Assembly: GCA_002256025.1 (NCBI GenBank)
Contig: NKIB01013530.1
Span: 1-55,970 of the forward strand
DNA: 55,970 nucleotides
Direction of reading: 5' to 3'
DNA from: Asterionella formosa
Taxonomy: Eukaryota
The notes beneath the pieces were generated by a model. The model worked only from the letters and a program-made list of their open reading frames with translations. It was not told the DNA's origin and ran no database searches. This document shows positions 9,909-22,036 of the stretch, one piece after another. The position numbers were made by a program, and so were the translations under genes. Position 1 is the first letter of the stretch. Each line of letters starts with the position of its first letter.

Positions 9909-12881
9909 TTAAACCTGATAGGTCTCTTTCAGTAGCTGTCGAACATTAAGTGGCATTGACCTTTGCACTGTGCTCCACGTATCTTCTCCAGCCGATAGTT
10001 TAATATCTTGCAGCAGCTTACTTATGGAAGCCCCGAGCTCGGCTTCAGCTTGAGGAAATGGTTGAAACTGCACATTGAAAATATTGCTGCTATCTGCATC
10101 TTCCGGCATGTGCCAAGAGACAATGGCAAATAAGATGGATGTGATTGCATCTGCTGGGCTGAGAGTTGCCGACTGGATTGCACCAGGGTTGGCGTAAACA
10201 GTTTGGATAAAGCCTTGGTAGGCATCCCTTCGCTCTGTGGGATCGACTATCTTGGCCATTCCCTCACACCAACCGAGTAAGAAGCGAGGGAGATCTTTTG
10301 CCAAAAAATTAGGATCGACCTTGGCTAATCGGCCAAATGCAGTCGCTGCGTTCTCAGGTAACCCAGGTAAAATTACAGGTCTTCCATCTACACCATTACC
10401 CATCAGTAATGCTATCAAGTGCTGTACCAAGTCAGGCGCAATGGGCTCAAGGAGAGCAGGATTGCCTTGGCACTTTACGCATATTTCACCAATTGCCCAT
10501 ACAGCATTATTGCAAACGGAAGGTTGGACTGGGTCTAGGTTTTCCACCGCCGCTTTCAAAAGCTGCGGCAGGGCCGGCTCAAGTACCGCCGGTGCTCGGT
10601 TTGCCAAGTCGCCGATAACAGCGAATGCACTCATTCGCACGCCGGGAATCTCATGCTGAGTTAAAGCAACAAGAACTGTAAGAAAGAACGGTCCGTACTG
10701 GGAACTGCTAGAAACCAAGCCCGTGAAGTTGACACCTAGACCCTCAACTAGTCCATCGATGACGTCTGCTGCACAGATAATAGGATCCGCGTCTTCGTCG
10801 CTTATCTCAGCACCGGTCAAGTAAAGAGTTATGGTCTCGATCATGCCCATAGCGTTATCAAATGTTTCCAGTGCATATGGCTGGAAATTGGTGCCACAAA
10901 CCAAAGCTATGCTTGCAATACACTCCAGGAGTGGTACGAGAGTCTTATCAGTTGGATCATTCTTGGCCAAGCGATCCCACATCTGCATCAGCGGCGGAAT
11001 GTAGATTCCCGGCAGATTTCCTTCTCCAATAGCAGGTCCGACAAAGTCAGCTAAAATTCCAAGAACATCAAAAACAATCAAGATTGACTTTCCCTGATAC
11101 CTCGTCAACGCTTGGACCAATTGTTGGAAGACTGGCTCTAAATATGGAACCATAAGGTCTCCTGCACTTTCGATCAAAACCCCAAATGCAGAGCAGCAAG
11201 CAATTTGGACTCTAGTGTTTCGATCCCCAAGGCGAGCCAAAAAGACTTCAGTCATTTGGGCCAACAAATGCCCTCGAGCTCCACTTTGAACTTGTTCTAC
11301 TGCCCACGGGGCATATCTTCCTACTGTCCATGCAGCAATACTTTTGACTTGGGGTAATGTGTCTGGGGTTTCGGGCACAGCCAAGTGTCCCATCAAGTAA
11401 CCATGCAACTGACCCATATGCTGAGCCATTGCTTCGCTGCATCCTTCTGATATTGCACCGAGCGCCAGGATTGATGCTTCTTGTACCCAAGGGTCGGGGC
11501 TTGATAAACCTTCTTGCAACGCAGGTAGCAGAGGTGGTAAGATCCCTTCCGGGCCGTACATGTTCGCTAGACAATCAAGACTGGCCGCAGAACACTTTCG
11601 CAACGTCCATGCATTTCCTTCCCCATCATCAAAATCGTCCTCATCGTCGTCTTCATCTTCCTCTCCTCCCTTCTTGGCTTTGCTCCTATGGAAGACTGGC
11701 ATGAATGAGTGGTCCTTATTAGCCTTCGTTTCTAAATCCATCGCGTTTCGATATTTTAATTCGTCTTGTTGTTCCGGTAAATAAACCATGCCTCTCACTA
11801 GATATGGAATAAGTTGAGGAAGGATCTGTGCGACTTGGTGAATCATATCAGGTGTGCACGCTTCATCGTCCAACGATGCAAACGTCAACCAAAATTCGCA
11901 TGCTTCCAACGCCACATCTGGGTTGCCGATATCAGTTGTACTTTTGAGCATAAATTGGGATATCGCTTCCATATGCACTTGTAAATACTCTGTTCTCATG
12001 GAAAGTACCGTAACAATGGAGCGACATACCCACTTGCGGACTTTTGGTGATGGATCGACGGCAAGGTTGCTCAGGCCAGCCAGGTATTCATCAAAATGGG
12101 CCACCAGTGCGGAAGGCATCAAATCACCAAGTACACACGCCACAATGGATTGAAGTGCCGATGTCTTGGATCGCTCGTCAGGCGACTGCAGAAATCGCAA
12201 CAGAACTGGAATGAGGGCATCTATTTCTTCGTGACGAAGGTCGTGTGGACCATCTTCCATGATTTTCCTTACAGTGGACAAGGATCCTTCAACAACGCTA
12301 GGGTCAGACATCTGCTGCATATTCTTTAGAAGAGTCGGCATAAGTTGCGGCCAGGCTTGAACAGCGAGCGCCGGCTGAACGCTATCCGACGATACCGCGC
12401 TGGTGGCAATGACAGTGCTGGCAACATTCCTTAGTTCCTCGTGCGAGCAGCCCAAGCAGTAGAGCAAGACTTCCTTGACGTGATCTGCGGCGGGTGAAAC
12501 CAGATGCAGCGATCTTCCATCGGTCAATATGGGTGGCCTTAGCAACGCTTGCTTTAGAATGAGTCCGGCCATTTGACCAAACGGCGTCCAGAGAGACTCG
12601 TCCTGTTGGAGGCGCATCGCGGTGACTGGGTCCGTTCGAGTCCATTGCTCGAGTTGTTCCGGTGAAATTCGTCGAATCATTTGAGCAGGTTGGTCTGTGC
12701 CAGCCATTAGGTAGACGAGCTGAACACACAGGTTTCCATATGATTCTAGAGACGAGGAGAGTGCATCATCACGTGCCCGAATCGCTTGCACATGCAGTTC
12801 GTGGTTCTGCGTGTTTGACAAGGCTGCCACTAGCAGCAGAACCTGACCTTCAGGTGCTGGAGGAAGGAGGGGAGAGGTCAT
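9909..12881 (-). CDS. TNPO1: Transportin-1 (importin beta-2 / karyopherin beta2)
   Basis: 990-aa HEAT-repeat ORF. VALEACEFW, the acidic H8 loop (EEDEDDDEDDFDD) followed by WTLRKCSAASLD, ILALGAISEGC, and SVCNNAVWAIGEI. Confidence 0.93.
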   Translation of the reverse strand: MTSPLLPPAPEGQVLLLVAALSNTQNHELHVQAIRARDDALSSSLESYGNLCVQLVYLMAGTDQPAQMIRRISPEQLEQWTRTDPVTAMRLQQDESLWTPFGQMAGLILKQALLRPPILTDGRSLHLVSPAADHVKEVLLYCLGCSHEELRNVASTVIATSAVSSDSVQPALAVQAWPQLMPTLLKNMQQMSDPSVVEGSLSTVRKIMEDGPHDLRHEEIDALIPVLLRFLQSPDERSKTSALQSIVACVLGDLMPSALVAHFDEYLAGLSNLAVDPSPKVRKWVCRSIVTVLSMRTEYLQVHMEAISQFMLKSTTDIGNPDVALEACEFWLTFASLDDEACTPDMIHQVAQILPQLIPYLVRGMVYLPEQQDELKYRNAMDLETKANKDHSFMPVFHRSKAKKGGEEDEDDDEDDFDDGEGNAWTLRKCSAASLDCLANMYGPEGILPPLLPALQEGLSSPDPWVQEASILALGAISEGCSEAMAQHMGQLHGYLMGHLAVPETPDTLPQVKSIAAWTVGRYAPWAVEQVQSGARGHLLAQMTEVFLARLGDRNTRVQIACCSAFGVLIESAGDLMVPYLEPVFQQLVQALTRYQGKSILIVFDVLGILADFVGPAIGEGNLPGIYIPPLMQMWDRLAKNDPTDKTLVPLLECIASIALVCGTNFQPYALETFDNAMGMIETITLYLTGAEISDEDADPIICAADVIDGLVEGLGVNFTGLVSSSSQYGPFFLTVLVALTQHEIPGVRMSAFAVIGDLANRAPAVLEPALPQLLKAAVENLDPVQPSVCNNAVWAIGEICVKCQGNPALLEPIAPDLVQHLIALLMGNGVDGRPVILPGLPENAATAFGRLAKVDPNFLAKDLPRFLLGWCEGMAKIVDPTERRDAYQGFIQTVYANPGAIQSATLSPADAITSILFAIVSWHMPEDADSSNIFNVQFQPFPQAEAELGASISKLLQDIKLSAGEDTWSTVQRSMPLNVRQLLKETYQV

Positions 12882-13447
12882 GATTACTGCTGTGTATCGT
12901 CACCGCAAGGAGTAAAGATGGAAGGCAGGAATTAGGGAAGTGGTCACGTTCGATGCAACCGTCCAAGACAATGCTAATGATCTGATCTGCTCTGCTCTGC
13001 TCATCACTCAAATTAGTTTCGAAGGGTTTTATGACCGGATGGAAGCACGGCGCATTTGCATTGTCACACCAGCCATTGGATGACGACGATTGTATGTGGT
13101 GCATATTGTTCCTATGTGCAGATGTACAGTATCTCGTATACGACATTCATGACCGTGTACCGGTATCAGGTACCAGATACCCTGGTACGTGGTACAAGGA
13201 TGATACCGATTTAATTGTTACGTATATTCCTACCAGTAGACTAACTACCTGCTACCGGCATGTCCATAAAGATGATGATGAGAATGGATTTAATTAGTGG
13301 GCGGCTCCATTCTGTGTTCTGGGACAGTTGGACAGGTCTAGGAACACCATTGCCTGCGAAACCTGCGATGTACCGGTATTTGTATTTGTGCGATATCTCT
13401 CGCTAATTAACGCTACAAGATTCATCACCAAAACGGCTACCGGTACA

Positions 13448-13948
13448 ATGGCGCTCCAAGCACTTTATCACAAGGTGATGGGACCTCTTTCGACGTTCTA
13501 TAAACGACAAGTCGCACATGAACTGGCAAAGACTGGTAAGTTGCTTGGAAATCCATCTATCATTCACTGAAAAACACGCCAGCGCAAACTGGTGTCCAGT
13601 TGGATTCCAGTCGGATGAATCGAGATATGCAAAAAGGTGTTTCTCACTTCCTTCTTATTTTCCTTTACTTGATCTTTGATATCTATTATAGGCCTTCGTT
13701 ATGAGGATTTGCTTTATGAAGAGAGCGCCGAAGTTGCGGAAGCAATTGAACTGGCTGACCCTGCTGTTGTGCAGGCACGTAACCGTCGTCATTTGCGCGC
13801 ATTTGACTTGGATGTCAAAAAGAAGAATTTCACTGATTACGCTCCTGCTGTCGATCAAGAAACATTCAAGGTGGAGATATATGACGATATCGTGAAGATC
13901 CGTCAGCGCAATGCTGAGTACGCCATGCTCAACATGTACAAAAAGTAA
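13448..13948 (+). CDS. QCR7: Cytochrome b-c1 complex subunit 7 (14 kDa), two exons: 13448-13535 and 13692-13948
   Basis: Splicing the GTAAG..TATAG intron (13536-13691) joins MALQALYHKVMG..LAKT to GLRYEDLL..RRHLRAFDL in frame. GLRYEDL and RxxRAxDL are UCR_14kD hallmarks. Confidence 0.9.
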
Positions 13949-14372
13949 ATAAAGTTTTTGTGGGATTTTAGTGAGGAGGTATAGGAGTCAAAGAGACCAA
14001 CGTAACAAAGAATAACATTTATTTTAGAATCTACCATTGATTTTTTCAAGTTACTACTTTTCCGGTCTCATTTTGTAATTGACATTAAGGTGCCAAATGG
14101 AGATAGTATGGAAAGACCTTGAAGCCTCTTGTCGTGGGTAGCGAGGGAATTAATTGCTCAGTAAAGGGTATTCTTTCTGCTGGAAAAAAATGGTTGCTGA
14201 ACCGAGGAGGGTCGATGTGGAAGTAAGTGAAACTCACAGTCACCCCAGGCGATTTCACCATGAAGTAATGGCGCAAAAGCACATTACTGTCGTAGCCCAA
14301 GGCTGTTCTGGTGAAGGAACATCAGCCGTGGGTGATATTCACGAATGATTACCAACAGTGTGGTTTCTCTCG

Positions 14373-15116
14373 TTAACCTGGTAACCATCTTTTGACCCGA
14401 CCTATGGATAGATGCATTACTAATGTTACCAGGAAATTATCCATGTTAGAAGGTGACGTCCCTTCCACAACCGCTGCAACTGCACTCACTGCCAAGATAA
14501 TTCGTAGAGGCAAAAACGGCAGGCCCAACATGTAAAGAAAGGTATATGCCCCCACTATCGTCCCCAAGAAGACGCCACATACACTTCCCTCCATGGTCTT
14601 GATCATGGCGAAGGGCATACGATACAGATGTCGTCCATAATGTGAGCCGATCCAAGGTGATATCCCATCACCCACACCAATAGCGGCCATGATTAGGGCA
14701 GCTTCTTCTTGCATGAATTGAGTAAGCCCTAACCATAAAATGATGAGACACAGTTGGAGCGGCCCAAATAAGAGTTCCGATGGCGAGGAAGACCTTGACA
14801 TGACGAGCACTTCTTCGTCATCGGCATCTTGCACGACGAGGCCCTTATAAATTAATCGTGTTGCCACAACCGCAGGGACCAGCACGTTGAGTCTCCAGGA
14901 CCAATCTGATGCATCGTAGAGCGGCCAAAGAATAATGGTGGACGCAATGGAGACATGCACCAGTATTCTCGATTCTCTTCGCTTCCCTTGCTTTCCCAAC
15001 CAAGTGGCCAATTCCATGGATAGTTTGACATGAACGACTGTCACCAGGACACAACAGATGTTGTTCCATTGCGCCGAAAGGGAGGGAACGGCCAGATAGT
15101 CTCGAAGATTCGCCAT
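14373..15116 (-). CDS. Phytol/farnesol kinase-like CTP-dependent polyprenol kinase (VTE5/FOLK/dolichol-kinase family)
   Basis: Multi-TM ORF with RILVH, ELLFGPL, GVGDGISPWIG..G, KTMEGS and VEG..MDN motifs. Start codon uncertain. Confidence 0.8.
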   Translation of the reverse strand: MANLRDYLAVPSLSAQWNNICCVLVTVVHVKLSMELATWLGKQGKRRESRILVHVSIASTIILWPLYDASDWSWRLNVLVPAVVATRLIYKGLVVQDADDEEVLVMSRSSSPSELLFGPLQLCLIILWLGLTQFMQEEAALIMAAIGVGDGISPWIGSHYGRHLYRMPFAMIKTMEGSVCGVFLGTIVGAYTFLYMLGLPFLPLRIILAVSAVAAVVEGTSPSNMDNFLVTLVMHLSIGRVKRWLPG

Positions 15117-15328
15117 GCAACCGGGAATGCAGATCTAAGCCTCCTTCACAGATCCATGCCAGTGGATGCAGTGAAATCACTCAGAAGAAAGGACAAGGAC
15201 TTATTTCTAGTCCGTCGCTTCTTGGGCATTCAGGTAGCCTCTTTCCTTTTTATTCAACAAGGATCGGGACGCGAGGAGCAAGTATTCTGGAACATTGTAC
15301 TGGTACCAGGTATTATGTATTAGAAGTG

Positions 15329-16613
15329 GATTATTACAATGTACTTCTGGTGGAGTCATTCTATGGTTAATTAACAGACGCAAGTATGGTGCAGAGATAC
15401 ATGTGACCAAAACGTATGTAGGTGTGTGCTGGAACTTGAACCTATGGATTTAACAGGTACCAGCAATTCCCGCTCCAGCTATTGTCTTGCCATTCGGGTA
15501 CTTCTAAGTAATTTTTAGTCTCTAAGTAATTTCTTAAGTAATTTTTATTTAAGGGCAATATGGGGCACATCGAATTTTTCGGCAATAAAATTGCCGATTT
15601 TAGCATAACCAAAATAACGGTAATATGCATAGAGATGGTACAACAAGCGTAAAACACACGAGAATGATTGTAACATGCAACATCAACGAAAATTGAACAT
15701 TATGTTTGGAGCAACCAAAGTATGAAATGCGATGTAATAAGTAGCATCAAATGAGAAATAGAAAAAATTGTTTTGGGTTAGATATGAAATAAAAAATAAG
15801 AGTTCCAATGGAGACGTATGCATTGTGAATCATTGTAGTACTTACACACCAGGCAACATTGACTTTCCATCACCATACAATAGAAGACCAAAAGAAGAAG
15901 GGAAAAGCTGAACCCAATCTTGACCTACATCGTTATGTAGCGTAAATGGTCTGGTTTCTGCAACCATGCGCATCGCTGTAGTAGCCTGACACCAGTAGCA
16001 GTATTTCCGCCACAGTCATTCCTCTCCGCTGCCCACCAAACAAGCAACCTTGATCATTCCATTCTGAGCAAGCGTGATCGCCACGCTGCTCCAGCACTAT
16101 TGACTCTCTCTAGCTGAGTATTCATGTAGCTTCTGATACGAACTCGTAGTAGAATTGTAGCAAAGCGCGTTAGTACAAGAAAAGCATTGCTTGGCGGCAA
16201 TATTGACATCATTGTCAACGACTATACAAATCAACAAATATGATCAACAACGGCACAATACCACATCTTCAATGAGTAGTCATTGATAAATGCATTGGTT
16301 CTTATGTAGATATGTACATTGTACCACAGCAGTAACCAATCATTTGAATTGATGAGAAATTTCTTCATATTTGCTCAAATTTTACGCTTGATTCCACAGC
16401 AAACCAGAGTAATCTTGTGGTACACATACCTTGGTTAACAGCTTGACTGAAGGGGGGCAGCAGATGATTATTACAACATACCTCTGCTGGAGTCATTCTA
16501 TGGTTAACAGACGCAGTATGGTGCAGAGATACTTGTGGCATGTGACCAATACGTATGTAGGTGTGAGCTGTAACTTGAACCTATGCATGGATTTAACTGG
16601 TGCTACCAGCAAT
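15329..16613. repeat. Diverged ~140-bp direct repeat (15329-15467 and 16466-16613) flanking ~1 kb of unrelated sequence
   Basis: Both copies read GATTATTACAA..TGGAGTCATTCTATGGTTAA..GTATGGTGCAGAGATAC..ACGTATGTAGGTGTG..AACTTGAACCTATG..TACCAGCAAT. Confidence 0.85.
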
Positions 16614-18094
16614 AAATCCAACAGGGTATGATATAAATTCATAGAGCACACGATAGTAGAATATTATTTGATAAATTGTTTCTCTGTGTCTGGCAGCATT
16701 TGATGGTATCATTGTGATTGTGTCAACAGGTGCTTTATATTTTGCTTGCTAATAAACAAAAGAGTTTATTGTATATGTATCTGATTGATTGGCTGGTGGT
16801 GCCTGTGTATATTTTGCTCTATATGAATATGTACTGGTATCCCGTATTTATTTCCTTTCTGCAAGTGTTTATATATAGTATAAACATCGCCAACTGTACA
16901 TAGTAGCTATGGTATTCAATGTGTTGATTAAAAATAAATATGTGTTAACCTATGATTTTGTCAAAAATAAATGCACTACATTAATACAAGTTACAGGTAT
17001 GTACACATGCTGGCACATACCGGTAGTCTGGTGGGTATACCGGTGTGAACCTGGGAAACTGCTAATAACAATGGATTTAACCCACATATGGGCTATGAAT
17101 AGTAGGTACTGCAAGGGTACATGGAAGGGCCGAATCTATAATGCATAAGGTTTGCAATGCAATTTGAAATGCAATTATGAATGTTGTGGGCATTTCCCTG
17201 CAACCAAGTTTACAAAAAAATACAATTTTTGCACAAAAGTGTCCGAAAATGCTGAAACCGTCAGTCAGGGGAATTCATGACTTCTCACACAATGCGAATT
17301 TTCTAGTCGCTAAAGGAACAAGAAGTGTATTGTTGCATGTCTATATTCAAGATTCCATAGATATATGATCCATGACAATTAGTAAGTTCATGATAGTAAG
17401 TTCAAAATTATAAATTGATTTATTTTGTTGCATTTTGAGATTGTTGCACCCTCTCTGAGATTTCTATCGCTCAAGTTTTCTCATATTTTTGTACAGAAAA
17501 TAGAAATAACTATCTAATAGAAGTTATCAAGCTGGTCACTGCGGACTCAGAAATGTCTCATTTTTTGTATCGCGCCTCAAACAAACTGAGAAAACGACGG
17601 AAAAAATTCTAGTGGCAATTTCAAATTTTTGTTGTCAATCCCAGTGCAAAATTATATTATTCCAGAATGCGATATAAATTTATGGGCAATTAAATAATGC
17701 GAACACATCGACAACAGCATTTCAATTTTGACTTACTGCTTCCTCATCAGTTTGATTGTTCTTGTTGTTCTGGTTATCTATATCAGACACTGATTGTGCT
17801 GGAGAATTCAGAACTCGAAAATACACATGTACAAAGTATCCAGTGCAACAACCATATTACTCACATTATTTGGCAGCGAAAAGAGATGGATTAAATTTCG
17901 CAATCATTCTATACTATGGTTCATCATCAATATCCATCTTCTTCTTTCAACAACCCAAGCCAAAATTCAAGTTTTATCGTGATGCGGCCCACAACTAGGC
18001 TAGTTTGCATCACATCATGATCTGGTAAACAACGCACAATGTTAGAATACATGAGCAAGTAGCAGTCCTTCTCAAATATATATATATATATATT

Positions 18095-18483
18095 CATCAG
18101 AAACGGGAAATACCCTCAGCAAATTTCGACGAAAGAAATCTCTCAATAATGACGTTAACTGGTAAGTCTTCCCTGCGGTGGTTCTTCAACTACGGAAATA
18201 GGCAACCAGGTAAATTCAATGGGAATGAAGTTAGAAATCGGAGTCCTTCGGTAGTGACGTATATATAAATATATATTGCTCTTATTCCCATCAGAAACGG
18301 GAAATACCCTCAGATAACCTTATTCACATTGACTTTACCTGGTTGCCTATTGCCGCAGTTGGAGAACCAACGAAGGGAAGATTTACCAGTTAACTTCATT
18401 ATTGAGAGATTTCTTACGTCGAAATTTGCTGAGGGTATTTCCTGTTTCTGATGGCAATAAAAGCAATAAATTTATCGTCACCA
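18095..18483. repeat. Foldback structure: ~140-bp arms (18095-18233 vs 18314-18453, inverted) built from a 194-bp tandem unit
   Basis: CATCAGAAACGGGAAATACCCTCAG occurs at 18095 and 18289. Its near reverse complement ends at 18453, and the arms align along their full length. Confidence 0.85.
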
Positions 18484-20123
18484 TGTGTGAAAATGGGATA
18501 TTTAACGTTTCTAGCTAAGTAAAAAATTGATTTTATATTTGATTATGATCAATCCGAGCAATTATTAACTATTATGGTTCATTAGAAACACACCTTCATT
18601 GGCCTTATTCACCATTGAGAAGGACGACGACTGTGTTCCTGAGGATACCAGTCCATTCAGAGGTATTCTTGCTCAATGTTACTGCTAGTACAATGTACTC
18701 GATGTTCACCGGTGCTTTGATAGAAGCCTCTCTGGCTCTTAAATGAAACAAGAAAATAATTGTGGAGTTGGTAAGTTCATGATACCCTATTCGACAGTAT
18801 CTTGTTGTTGTTAATTGTTATTTGCCATAATGTCCTGCAGTTTTTCTTGAACTTACGAAAGTAATCACAGTGGATGATGCAATTTTAAGGAGAAATTGTA
18901 TGGAAGGTGAACTGATGGGGCATGGGACCACAGGTCAGGCAGGAAGAATAACTCAGCAATCAGCTGGTGATCGTTCAATAATCAATTCATGAGGAGGCAG
19001 CAATATGTTCAGGAACTGGCAGGACGATTTTGGAAAGGGTAGGACAAGGGTTTCATGTGCAGCAGGGAGGGAGGAGGGGTGGTCGTTTGGCCTGTCCCAT
19101 AAAGTCATGTTGGCTGGTGACAGCATCCAAAAATAACCGAAATATCCCATTTTTGAGAAGGACAAACTATCGTCCATGAAGCTTTGTAGATGTGGTTTCT
19201 AAAAATATAGAGTTTTTACCTACTGCTGTCTAGCTAATAAGCTTTTTCTAGAAAGCAACAACGACATCTTAATTAGCTTTCATCCTGGAAAAGAATTGTT
19301 CTAGCTTGTAAGCAAATGCAAGCGATTCACATGGTGAATACCATGGTGAGTCGGAGTTTCAGCCATCGAAACTTGGGGCAAAAAAGGATTTGGTCGATTA
19401 TCATCAGATAAAGTTGAGAAACTAAAAGAATCGCTTCTTTTAAAGAAATACATGACGTTCCTGTAGGTGACATAGGGGACCAAAAATCTTATCCGCAATG
19501 ACATGTGCTCCATGTGTAGGACGAAAAAAATATATTGCCATATTTATGGTTATGTTTGGTAATTTATGCAATGCTATTGCCCTGGCATCTGAATTCTATC
19601 TGTACCAATATTACTAAGTGCTCCATTTGTAAGAATATTGGGGTTTTACCAGAGAATACGATTCTGTGAGGGTCAGATGCACAAATAGACGTGGTGACAC
19701 CAAAGACTTATGACTTCTGTAAGCAAGCAAGCCGTCAAGAATCATATACTGCTGGTGTTGTTGTAGCAGTTATGCATTAAGCTTGCTGCATTTGAACCCC
19801 TAGATCGAGGTAGGCTAATCAAACACATAATTTTCATGTTTTAAATAAATATTTACATTGCAACTTGGAGCTTTCACCATTGGACACCCTTTCCATATGC
19901 TTAGACAGTATGTACAGTCATTTTTAAAAGTATGTGTATAGGAAAACTCTTTATGTTATCAGGATATAGAATCTGGCAAGAAAGTGCAGGATCGAACTTA
20001 AGTTTTTTACTATGCTGTAATCACTAGAATTTATTGGGCCAAACAGTTTATTCGGCAAAGTAAAAAAGAAGTTCCTTTCTGCAATTTCTTTCCAAAAGTT
20101 AACTTCTATGCCTCTGCATATAA

Positions 20124-20470
20124 AAACCATCATATTCCTATGATGCATCATAGGATTATGATCATCTGGTCATAATTTTTCGTTATATCATCGAACAATT
20201 TTGATAAATGCCCTCGTAATTTAAATAGTCACCCTTTTGACTATGGAAATTTAATTATCGTCTGCAAATAAAAACCATCATATTACTATGATGCATCATG
20301 GGATTATGATCATCTGATCATAATTTTTCGTTATATCATCTAATAATTTTGATAAATGCCCTCGTAGTTTAAATAGTAACCCTTTTGACTATGGAAATTT
20401 AACTATTATATGTATTGTTTCTTTTAGGTTCCTTTACTTAAATTTCTTGGTAGGATAATGTACCAGTTAA
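20124..20470. repeat. Dispersed ~130-200-bp repeat, two tandem copies here; further copies at ~21832-22035 and ~27613-27820
   Basis: Shared core GATTATGATCATCTGATCATAATTTTT..TTTGATAAATGCCC..TTTAAATAGTAACCCTTTTGAC. The minus strand reads LVHYPTKKF..SKGLLFKLxGHLSK..DDIxKNYDQMI. Confidence 0.8.
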
Positions 20471-21329
20471 ATTAATGTGGCTTGGCTCATCATCCTCGCC
20501 AGTCCTCACTCTGATTCTTGCAACAACGACAAAGCAGCCATGTCGAGAGGAACAAGTGTTTGTGATAAAATCTTCATTTGTCGTTCAAGTCATCATATGT
20601 CTTCGATGAATCATCATCTACATTGCACAGTATGTTGCTTCGTACTATGCAATCCGTTAAGAGCTTGAAAAGAAATCCAATGAAAACGAAATGGCTCATC
20701 ACACAAGACGAATATTTCCGGCCAGTCTGTCACCAGAGCATCGATTAGTGTTACAACCTCAATCATAGCTAAACAACATGCATCCATTATAGAACAGCAC
20801 AATCTAGTTCTATATTACATCGTCTCTCTCTAACGAGAACATAATACATTTAGAATTGAAACGCAGCATAGGAGGCGATATGCACAAAGAAGCAAGATAC
20901 TGTCTATTTATACTAACAGAGTGATTCTGGTTTCATAATTTTCATGTCTCATTAGATTTCCTTTGTCATCATACTGTTTCCTTACCTTTGAAGACAGTAG
21001 CGTATTCTTTGATGCATCTAGAATGTTTCAATGGATGGCAGCAGTTGGATTTAGACATAAAACTCGACAAAAGCAGTACTTTGTAGATGTTCATGAAAAG
21101 CCAGACACTTTGGCCTATTGACCACCAGCCAGTCCACACTGCAAAAATGCAAGAAGCATGCACAAGTTGAATGCCCATTTATGGATTCAAGTTTCAGTAG
21201 TGCAACAATGTAAAATATTAGAAACCGGAAGTCACATTTCATCAAATTACGGTTTTCATTAGCTATACTAGCTAGTATTGATTGAGAGGAAGTAATGGTG
21301 GAATGCCAAACAGGCGGGATCAAACAACA

Positions 21330-21826
21330 CAGAGAAGCCTAATTTTTCTCCCCAGTGATCCCAGACCCTCTTGGATGTCACTTGCTACAGAAAATGGAGA
21401 ACAGCCGCCATGATCTGTTGATTGTTGCTGTATGGTCCCACTGACCGATACCTCCAGAAATCTCAATGAGTTGCTTGTTTCTTGACTTGAATACCAAAGG
21501 CATTGAAACCAGTGGAAAAAGCAAAAGGGAACTAATAATTCTCTGCAAACATCAGGACAATTGTGAACGAGAAAGGAAAGGTTGGGAGGTGAAGTTAAGG
21601 GATTATTGCTGGTCTTGCGGGAACAAGGATGGATTGACCCAATCAATGTTGACAAATAGATACCTACCGGAAAAATGAAGCAATGCTTTTGGCATCATCA
21701 ATTTATATACAAGCCTGCGCCACCTGACGTCAATATAGCTACCTCGATTCCTTCTTCATCAATGAAGAAAGTATGATGGGCGGAGCATGTGAGAAAGTCG
21801 GCGTTGAGGTGAGCCGTTTGTCTCCA
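21330..21826 (+). pseudogene. Fragment of an IS630/Tc1-type DDE transposase
   Basis: Frameshifted pieces FLPSDPRPSWMS, KGWEVK/KGLLLVLREQGWIDP and FINEESMM..VGVEVSRLSP resemble the GWEGKxKGLxQVLWERGWID..DFxxExS..GVxVDRTPK region of stramenopile/fungal Tc1-like transposases. Confidence 0.6.
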
Positions 21827-22036
21827 ATTAAAAATATCATATTCCCATGATGCATCATAGGATTGTGATGATCTGATCATAATTTTTCGTTAAATCATCT
21901 AATGACTTTGATAAATGCCCTTTTAATTTAAATAGTAACCCTTTTGACTACATATATTTAATCATTATATGTATTGTTTCTATTAGATTTCCTGTGTTCG
22001 AATTTCTTGGTAGGATAATGTACCAGCTAAAGTAAC

